NCBI GenBank assembly: GCA_963664115.2
Contig: CAXWPJ010000009.1
Location: 768,001 to 832,000 of the forward strand
Reading direction: 5' to 3'
Source of the DNA: Terriglobia bacterium
Lineage (GTDB): Bacteria > Acidobacteriota > Terriglobia > 20CM-2-55-15
Length of the DNA: 64,000 nucleotides
The notes under the pieces were generated by a model. It saw nothing but the letters and a program-made list of their open reading frames with translations, did no database searches and was not told the DNA's origin. Every line of letters starts with the position of its first letter. The first letter of the stretch is position 1. The position numbers were made by a program, and so were the translations under genes. Shown here piece by piece: positions 57,432-64,000 of this stretch.

Positions 57432-58652
57432 ATGAATTTCCGCGAAGCGGTAAGTATCGCGATGGAATCGCTACAGGTGAATCGACTCCGTTCGGCTCTG
57501 ACATTGCTGGGCATCGTGATCGGCGTGATGACGGTCATCGTCGTGATTTCCTTTATCTCCGGTTTGAACAGCTTCGTAGCCGACGAGGTCTTCGACCTGG
57601 GCGGGGACGTCTTCATCATCAACCGCACACCAAACATCGTCATCGATCCGGACGAATGGAATACGATTCGCCAGCGCAAGAACCTCTTGCTGGTTGATGC
57701 CAACGCGGTGCGGGAATATTGTACAGATTGCCTGGCGGTCGGCGCGCGGCTTGCCTCAACGGCCCAGGTCAAATACGGCCGGGAGTTCTTACTCACAACA
57801 CAAGTGAGGGGGATCACCCCTGAAGTTCCGGAGATTCTTGCCGAGAACCTTGAGGCTGGCCGCACCATCACCGACTACGATGTGCGCCACAGCGTTCGTA
57901 TCACGGTCGTGGGCGCTGACGTGGTCGATAACCTGTTTCCGTTTGTGGATCCGATTGGCAAGACCTTGCTGGTCAACAACCGGGAGTTTGAGATTGTCGG
58001 AGTGGGGGAACGCGAGGGGTCTCTGATGGGACAGTCGCGAGATAACTGGGTCGCCATTCCGATCACTTCTTTCCAGCGTATGTGGGGGGCTCGACGATCA
58101 GTCCGAATCTACGCTAAAGCAAACGGTGAAGAGCGCATCGAATCCGCGGCAGATCAGGCACGGATGATCCTCAGGGTCAGGCGGCACGTCGACTTCGCCG
58201 ACGATGATGATTTCGCGATCTCCACGAACGAAACGTTTCTGCAAATCTGGGCGAACATCAGCCGGACTTTCTTTGCTGTAACGGTCGCCATAGCTTCGAT
58301 ATCCCTGGTGGTCGGTGGCATCGTTGTGATGAACATCATGCTGGCCTCGGTCACCGAACGGACCCGGGAGATTGGGATACGAAAAGCGACGGGAGCACGG
58401 CGGGCGGATATTCTCCACCAATTCCTGATCGAATCGGCAACGCTGGCTTTGGTCGGTGGAGTCGTCGGGGTCGTCTTGGCCATTGCCATAGCAACCGGTG
58501 TTTCTGCCCTGACCGGACTGCCGTCCGCTATCGAATGGTGGACCATCTTGCTTGGAATTGTCGTCTCGACCAGTGTGGGACTCTTTTTCGGAATCTGGCC
58601 GGCCATGAAGGCCGCGCGACTGGATCCGATTGCGGCGCTGCGGGGTGAATGA
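57432..58652 (+). CDS. MacB/FtsX-type ABC transporter permease
   Basis: RSALTLLGIVIGV, SLVVGGIVVMNIMLASVTERTREIGIRKATGA, PAMKAARLDPIAALR. Confidence 0.95.
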   Translation: MNFREAVSIAMESLQVNRLRSALTLLGIVIGVMTVIVVISFISGLNSFVADEVFDLGGDVFIINRTPNIVIDPDEWNTIRQRKNLLLVDANAVREYCTDCLAVGARLASTAQVKYGREFLLTTQVRGITPEVPEILAENLEAGRTITDYDVRHSVRITVVGADVVDNLFPFVDPIGKTLLVNNREFEIVGVGEREGSLMGQSRDNWVAIPITSFQRMWGARRSVRIYAKANGEERIESAADQARMILRVRRHVDFADDDDFAISTNETFLQIWANISRTFFAVTVAIASISLVVGGIVVMNIMLASVTERTREIGIRKATGARRADILHQFLIESATLALVGGVVGVVLAIAIATGVSALTGLPSAIEWWTILLGIVVSTSVGLFFGIWPAMKAARLDPIAALRGE

Positions 58653-59892
58653 CATCTTCGGAATGGCACTCAACTCGATTCGGGTAAACGCCGTCCGTTC
58701 GGTCCTGACGGTGTTAGGAGTCGTCATCGGAGTGACCACCGTTATTGGGATGTCATCTGTAATCAGCGGCCTCAATACCAGCGTGATGTCGCAGATCGAA
58801 TCTCTCGGGTCCAACCTGATTTTTGTCACGCGGTTCGACCCCGGAATCGGAGGGCGCCGCTCCGCAGAGGAGAGAACGCGTGAGAATCTCACCCTCGCAC
58901 ACGCAGAAGCGATTGCCCGATTGCCGTCAGTGCGCAGCGTCGCGCCGGGTCTTAGAACGACCCGGCCCAATTCTGGCAGGTCATCCTACACGCTGAGATA
59001 CGGCAACCGGACTGCCGCCAATACGATCATCGAGGGCGTAGGCCCCGACCATGAGGACGTGTTCAATCTGGACCTGAGGGCGGGACGCTGGATCAGCGAA
59101 AACGACAACCGGCGTCGTGCAAACGTTCTCGTCATGGGCTACGACGCCGCTGAAACACTGTTCGCCAATCCGGAAAGCGCGGTGGGAAGACAAATAGAGC
59201 TGGAAAGAAAGGTCTTCAGCGTCATCGGCGTCATGGAAAAAAGGTCCAGCGGTCTCAACCCGGGCGCCAACCCCGAAGACAACCTTGTAGCGCTACCGAT
59301 CAGCAGCTTTCAGAAACTTCATCCTGAAGTCGACGACTATTGGATTGCCTTGCAACCAATCAGCCGGGAAGCGATGCCGCAGGCGATCGACCAGGTGGAA
59401 GGCTTGTTGCGGCGGTTGCGGGGCGTCCGCTACAACGAGGCTAGCGACTTCGCCGTCTTTACACAGGATCTGGTTACGGATCTCTGGAATCAAATCTCAG
59501 GGGGCATCTTTGCGGTCATGCTCGCAATTTCGTCTGTGGCACTCCTGGTTGGGGGTGTCGGGGTGATGAACATCATGCTCGTCTCGGTTACGGAACGCAC
59601 CCGTGAAATCGGCATCCGTAAAGCAGTCGGTGCCACGCGAAAAAAGATCATGACCCAGTTCTTGCTTGAGGCGATGGCGTTGACTGCTCTCGGAGGCGTT
59701 CTCGGAATCCTGGCCGGGGCGGGTCTCACAGCTCTCATCCGAAACGCTGTCCCCTTCCTTCCCGCCACAATGTCACCGCTCTGGGTCGCCCTGGGATTTT
59801 CCACTTCAGTCGCCACCGGGTTAATTTTCGGCCTCTACCCCGCCTACAAAGCGGCCCGCCTGGACCCCATCGAAGCTTTACGCTACGAATAG
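58645..59892 (+). CDS. MacB/FtsX-type ABC transporter permease (second, overlapping)
   Basis: RSVLTVLGVVIGV, GGVGVMNIMLVSVTERTREIGIRKAVGA, LDPIEALRYE. GTG start overlaps the upstream stop. Confidence 0.95.
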   Translation: MNDIFGMALNSIRVNAVRSVLTVLGVVIGVTTVIGMSSVISGLNTSVMSQIESLGSNLIFVTRFDPGIGGRRSAEERTRENLTLAHAEAIARLPSVRSVAPGLRTTRPNSGRSSYTLRYGNRTAANTIIEGVGPDHEDVFNLDLRAGRWISENDNRRRANVLVMGYDAAETLFANPESAVGRQIELERKVFSVIGVMEKRSSGLNPGANPEDNLVALPISSFQKLHPEVDDYWIALQPISREAMPQAIDQVEGLLRRLRGVRYNEASDFAVFTQDLVTDLWNQISGGIFAVMLAISSVALLVGGVGVMNIMLVSVTERTREIGIRKAVGATRKKIMTQFLLEAMALTALGGVLGILAGAGLTALIRNAVPFLPATMSPLWVALGFSTSVATGLIFGLYPAYKAARLDPIEALRYE

Positions 59893-59905
59893 CCGAACAA
59901 GAAAC

Positions 59906-59995
59906 AACGCAGAGACGCAAAGAATGCAGAGGCCGCCGAGAGGACTAAAAAAATACCAAACTCTGCGTTCTGTGCGGTCTTTGCATATCCGCGTT
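59906..59995. repeat. Palindromic element with 9-nt periodicity (ACGCAGAG-type units)
   Basis: AACGCAGAG-ACGCAAAGA-ATGCAGAGG-CCGCCGAGA, A-rich spacer, CTCTGCGTT-CTGTGCGGT-CTTTGCATA-TCCGCGTT. Confidence 0.7.
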
Positions 59996-60063
59996 AGGTT
60001 CCTTCGGCTTGCTATCTATGGTGTCGCTTACTGACGTAGAATGGGTAAAACGAGGAGGCCGAA

Positions 60064-60414
60064 GTGGGACAACCTGAAATCGACAAGGAAGATCTGTTTA
60101 TCGAGGCCGTTGAAGCCTTTGGCGACAACAAGTTCGACGAGGCTATCGAACTCTACCAGAAAGCTTTAGCCATCGATCCAAACTACGCCGACGCTCTTCA
60201 CGGGCTGGCTCGAGCCCAATTCGACGGTGGAAAAGTAGACAACGCGATCACCACGGCGAAACGATTGACAGAAATTGACCCCGACGACCCTCTGGCCCAC
60301 ACCAGCCTGTCGATGTTTTACCAGTCGAAAGGCCTGATCGAAGACGCAGAACGCGAGGGCAACGTCGCGCGTGTACTCGGCTGGAAACAGGACCTCAAGA
60401 AGGGGAAGGAATAG
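60064..60414 (+). CDS. Small TPR protein
   Basis: AIELYQKALAIDPNYADALHGLA and DPDDPLAHTSLS TPRs; GAGGAGG SD. Confidence 0.9.
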   Translation: MGQPEIDKEDLFIEAVEAFGDNKFDEAIELYQKALAIDPNYADALHGLARAQFDGGKVDNAITTAKRLTEIDPDDPLAHTSLSMFYQSKGLIEDAEREGNVARVLGWKQDLKKGKE

Positions 60415-60514
60415 ACCTTCTCCCGGCGAACCGCTTTCGCCTATCTCCTCTTTTTTCTTATCGATAATCCTCCTCGCCTGCCCAGATTGAGACAAGGCTG
60501 AGACAGCGCAAACG

Positions 60515-60544
60515 TTGACATTTAAAAGCAGCGCGGAATAGACT
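60515..60544 (+). promoter_or_regulatory. Putative sigma70 promoter of the cNMP-PilB gene
   Basis: TTGACA-N18-TAGACT ending 37 nt before the ATG at 60582. Confidence 0.6.
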
Positions 60545-60581
60545 AGGTTGGTCGAATTAGGGTCTTTAGCGACAAGCACAT

Positions 60582-62672
60582 ATGTCGACAACCGTAGCCG
60601 ATACCGATCAACTCATTGGTTTTCTAAAAAACGTCAGCCTTTTCGAGGATTTGCCCGAAGAAAGCCTGGTAAAACTCGGATCCTGCCTGAAAATCACGGA
60701 GTTTCCCCCGTCTGAAAGCGTCATGCGCGAAGGGGCGCCGGGCGTCTCGATGTATATCATCAAAGACGGCATGGTGGAGGTCCGGAAAAAGGACCCGGTT
60801 ACAGGCATCGATTTCCTCGTGGCGCAGTTGGGCCCGGGAGCGGCCGTTGGCGAAATGTCCCTGTTGACGGGTAAACCGCGCTCCGCGAGCGTAAACACGG
60901 TCGAACCGACCTCGGTCTACACGCTGACCCGCACAGATTTCCGCAATCTTCTCACGCAATACCCGGAAATCTCCCTGGGCCTGGCCAGAATTCTGGCAGA
61001 GCGACTCGAAGAAGCCAACAAGCAGGTCGGCGTCGAGTTCGTCAGCCTGACGAAAAACATCAACTTCGACCCCCGGGTCGTGAGCCTGATTCCTCAGAAC
61101 ATTCTCACCCAACATAAAGTGGTGCCGATCGCATACACGAACAACGCCCTCACCCTGGCGATGGTGAATCCGTCCAACCTTGTCGCCTTCGACGATGTCC
61201 GGCGCTACGTCAAGGGAGTCATCATCGAACCCCGCGTATGTACCGACGAGGAATTCAAAAAGTTCATGGCCCAGGAATATCCGAGGCTGATGAATGTCGA
61301 CGAGGAAATCGACAAGGATAAACAGGCAGAGAAACTCAAGAGAGACCTCGAAAGAAAGAAGAAGCAGCATAAGGAAGAAGCGGCAGCTGCGGTTTCCAGC
61401 ACGCAGCAAGAAAACCTGGAAGACCTTGAAGCCGAAATTCTGAGCGGCATCGAGGTCCAGGAGGACGAAGAAGAGAAGCCGTCGGAAACGGATCTCCAGA
61501 CCGCGTCGGGAGACGCGCCTATCGTCCGGCTGGCCAACAACATCCTGGCACTGGCGATCAAGAAGGGGGCCAGTGACATCCATCTCGAGCCTCAGGAAGA
61601 GGGCGTGCGGGTGCGCCTCCGAATAGACGGTGTCCTTCGAGTGGAAAATGTCCTATCGCGCAAGATCATGCTCCCGCTGATCTCACGCTTCAAGATCCTG
61701 TCACGCCTGGATATTTCCGAAAGGCGCCTTCCGCAGGACGGGCGTATTTCGATCAAGTTCGAGGGTCGCGGCATCGACTTCCGTGTATCCACGGTGCCCG
61801 CAAAATTCGGCGAGAAGGTCGTCATGCGGATTCTCGACAAGAGCGCGGCGCTCTTGCCGCTGGACAAGATCATCAACCATCAGGAAACGATGGAAAAGGT
61901 CCGGTGGATGATCAATCAGCCTTACGGCATCATCTACGTCACGGGACCGACCGGATCAGGAAAAACAACTTCGCTATACAGCTCGCTGGGCGAGATCAAC
62001 TCCCCGGGCACCAATATCTCGACGGCTGAGGATCCCATCGAGTATGACCTGGCGGGGGTCAACCAGATCCAGACCCACAAGGATATCGGCCTCGATTTTG
62101 CCCGGGTGCTTCGAGCCTTTCTTCGACAGGACCCCGATGTCATCCTCGTCGGCGAGACCCGCGATCGGGAAACAGCCGGGATCGCCGTTGAAGCTGCCCT
62201 TACAGGCCACCTTGTGTTCACAACTTTGCACACGAACGACGCCCCGGGGGCGTTCACCCGTCTTGAAGAAATGGGCGTCGAACCCTTCCTGATGTCGAGT
62301 TCGACCATCGGCATCCTCGCACAACGCCTGGCACGCCGTATCTGCACGAAATGCAAAGAAGAAGTCAAGCCGGACGAAGCGACCGCCAAGTTCTTCGGTT
62401 ACGACATGAACGACCTGCCGACGTTCTATAAGGGCAAAGGTTGCGACAACTGCGGTGGCAACGGGTACAAGGGGCGTGTCGGTGTCTACGAAGTCCTTCT
62501 CATGAACGACGAACTCCGGCGCTTGGTTTCAGGCGGAGCCAAGTCCGATGAAGTCCGGGATTGCGCCGTGAAGCACGGCATGATGACGCTTCAAAATTAT
62601 GCGGAGTTCCTCTTGAAAGAGGGACTGACGACGATGGAAGCGGTTCTTGGTGTCATTTCGATCGCAGAGTAA
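60582..62672 (+). CDS. Cyclic-nucleotide-binding domain fused to a PilB/GspE-family assembly ATPase
   Basis: N-terminal cNMP domain (REGAPGVSMYIIKDG, VGEMSLLTGKPRSASV); ASDIHLEP, ERRLPQDGRI, Walker A GPTGSGKTT, LRQDPDVILVGETRD, TGHLVFTTLHTN, CTKC/CDNC zinc motif. Confidence 0.93.
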   Translation: MSTTVADTDQLIGFLKNVSLFEDLPEESLVKLGSCLKITEFPPSESVMREGAPGVSMYIIKDGMVEVRKKDPVTGIDFLVAQLGPGAAVGEMSLLTGKPRSASVNTVEPTSVYTLTRTDFRNLLTQYPEISLGLARILAERLEEANKQVGVEFVSLTKNINFDPRVVSLIPQNILTQHKVVPIAYTNNALTLAMVNPSNLVAFDDVRRYVKGVIIEPRVCTDEEFKKFMAQEYPRLMNVDEEIDKDKQAEKLKRDLERKKKQHKEEAAAAVSSTQQENLEDLEAEILSGIEVQEDEEEKPSETDLQTASGDAPIVRLANNILALAIKKGASDIHLEPQEEGVRVRLRIDGVLRVENVLSRKIMLPLISRFKILSRLDISERRLPQDGRISIKFEGRGIDFRVSTVPAKFGEKVVMRILDKSAALLPLDKIINHQETMEKVRWMINQPYGIIYVTGPTGSGKTTSLYSSLGEINSPGTNISTAEDPIEYDLAGVNQIQTHKDIGLDFARVLRAFLRQDPDVILVGETRDRETAGIAVEAALTGHLVFTTLHTNDAPGAFTRLEEMGVEPFLMSSSTIGILAQRLARRICTKCKEEVKPDEATAKFFGYDMNDLPTFYKGKGCDNCGGNGYKGRVGVYEVLLMNDELRRLVSGGAKSDEVRDCAVKHGMMTLQNYAEFLLKEGLTTMEAVLGVISIAE

Positions 62673-62732
62673 GGGCTTATCAACTGAAGCCTGCTGTCCT
62701 CGGATACCCACTAAACGACCTAAGATTTCGCT

Positions 62733-62865
62733 CGGTCGTTCAATCGGTCATCCTGACCGAACGACCGGCGACCCTCTCCATCATCCTTGATGGAGAGCCT
62801 TATTAAGAATCACGGAATGTTGATGCAGTTCTTAGAAATAACCCGCAGCGTTCCTCGCTGCGGGT
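62733..62865 (-). ncRNA. Candidate small RNA with three GGA-loop hairpins (CsrA/RsmA-site-like)
   Basis: Minus strand TCGGTCA-GGA-TGACCGA, CTCTCCATCA-AGGA-TGATGGAGAG, ACCCGCAGCG-AGGAA-CGCTGCGGGT. Confidence 0.35.
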
Positions 62866-62971
62866 GGACAGCTTTCGCAGTGAAGACGCGATAGCCGAGG
62901 CGTCTGAGTAATGAAATGATCGGATGGGACGGCAGCAAATGTTGATGTCGAGTACTTCTAACTCAATCCCC

Positions 62972-64000
62972 TAGTGGTCCCCGTTAAACAGACTGTAACT
63001 TATCAAGATTTCGCCGGCCGCGCTGGACTTTAGCAAGGATGTCGGAAGCCGTTGCAGTCCAGATGAAGGGTTTCGGGTCTTCATTGTGACGAGCGAGGTA
63101 GTCCTCCACGGCCTGGATCAACTCGGGGACCGAGCGGAAAACGCCACGCCGGAGTCGTTGCTCGGACAGATCCCGGAAAAAGCGCTCGACCATGTTGAGC
63201 CACGACGCACTGGTTGGCGTGAAGTGCACATGAAAACGCTTGTTACGCTTGAGCCAGTTGACGACTTTCTGATGTTTGTGAGTCGCATAGTTGTCGCAAA
63301 TAATGTGGATCTCCTTATCTTTCGGCATGGCGCGTTTGATCTGATTCAGAAACCGGATCCATTCCTGATGGCGATGCTTTGGCATGCAGGTTCCGATGAC
63401 CGAACCGTCCAGGATGTTGAGCGCGGCGAAAAGCGTGGTTGTCCCGTTACGTTTGTAATCGTGGGTCATGGTGCCACACCGCCCCTTCTTCAGAGGTAAC
63501 CCGGGTTGCGTGCGGTCCAGGGCCTGCATCTGGCTCTTCTCATCGCAGGACAAGACAATGGCGTTTTCCGGTGGGCTCAGATACAGACCGACCACATCCT
63601 CCAGCTTTTCGGCGAATCGTTTGTCGTTGGATAGTTTGAAGGTTCGTGACAGATGAGGCTTCAGTCCATGGACCCGCCAGATTTTCCCGACCGTGGACTC
63701 GCTCACGCCAACGGCCTTCGCCATCGAGGCCCGACTCCAGTGCGTCGCGTTCGGGGGCTTCTCTTCCAGTGTCTTCTTGACGATCCGGGCTCGCTTCCGG
63801 CGACTGATCGTGGGAATCCGTCCGCTTCGCGGCGCATCCTTTTCGATCCCAGCCAAGCCCTGTTCCACAAAACGATTGCGCCAGCGGCCCGCTTTCTGGC
63901 GCGTGATCTCCAAGCGGGCGGCGATCTCATAATTGTTCCGACCTTCAGCGGCCAGTAATACAATTCGGGATCGTTCCGCCAACCGGACCGATGTACTCCG
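62972..64000 (-). mobile_element. IS630-family insertion sequence (right part; truncated by the window edge)
   Basis: Transposase stop lies about 10 nt from a (C)TAGTG end typical of TA-targeting IS630 elements; the other end is outside the window. Confidence 0.88.
62984..64000 (-). CDS. IS630-family transposase (5' end outside the window)
   Basis: HTH region (DAPRSGR, THWS), DDE residues in [25 protein letters not shown]. Confidence 0.95.
   Translation of the reverse strand, partial: RSTSVRLAERSRIVLLAAEGRNNYEIAARLEITRQKAGRWRNRFVEQGLAGIEKDAPRSGRIPTISRRKRARIVKKTLEEKPPNATHWSRASMAKAVGVSESTVGKIWRVHGLKPHLSRTFKLSNDKRFAEKLEDVVGLYLSPPENAIVLSCDEKSQMQALDRTQPGLPLKKGRCGTMTHDYKRNGTTTLFAALNILDGSVIGTCMPKHRHQEWIRFLNQIKRAMPKDKEIHIICDNYATHKHQKVVNWLKRNKRFHVHFTPTSASWLNMVERFFRDLSEQRLRRGVFRSVPELIQAVEDYLARHNEDPKPFIWTATASDILAKVQRGRRNLDKLQSV

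Overview
Bacterial chromosomal window, very probably Acidobacteriota (inferred from the Cys-rich N-terminal RpoB insert and the overall gene content). About 47 kb of it is core genome on the minus strand. In transcription order: gltX-accD-folC-plsC-LolA-like-hslV-hslU-FN3 lipoprotein, tal, a pair of TPR/peptidase-MA-like genes, ispE-tRNA-Gln-prs-rplY-pth-rpsF-rpsR-rplI, dnaB, radA-PIN/TRAM-ispD-ispF-gltX(2)-rlmB, a tRNA cluster-tuf-rpmG-tRNA-Trp-secE-nusG-rplKAJL-rpoBC, and rpsL-rpsG-fusA (partial). The plus-strand part carries acyl-CoA dehydrogenase, DHH phosphoesterase, rhomboid, Tex, two MacB-like permeases, a TPR protein and a cNMP-domain/PilB-GspE fusion. Mobile DNA: an IS1380-family element inside the tRNA operon, whose transposase is broken by a 19-bp tandem duplication, and a partial IS630 at the right edge. 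Most notable observations: (1) a three-gene secreted module with a DUF6152-like protein predicted to start with His-His after signal cleavage, plus two paralogous Cys-pair proteins; (2) a pilus/T2SS ATPase with a cyclic-mononucleotide-binding domain where the MshEN c-di-GMP motif usually sits; (3) an exact 38-bp piece of the IS630 transposase gene embedded in, and frameshifting, a HEAT-repeat gene 14 kb away; (4) three hairpins with GGA loops resembling CsrA/RsmA sites next to the PilB gene; (5) direct repeats bracketing a G-skewed tRNA-Gly-tuf block in a re-ordered tRNA operon. All calls come from reading the sequence by eye; no database searches or folding programs were run.
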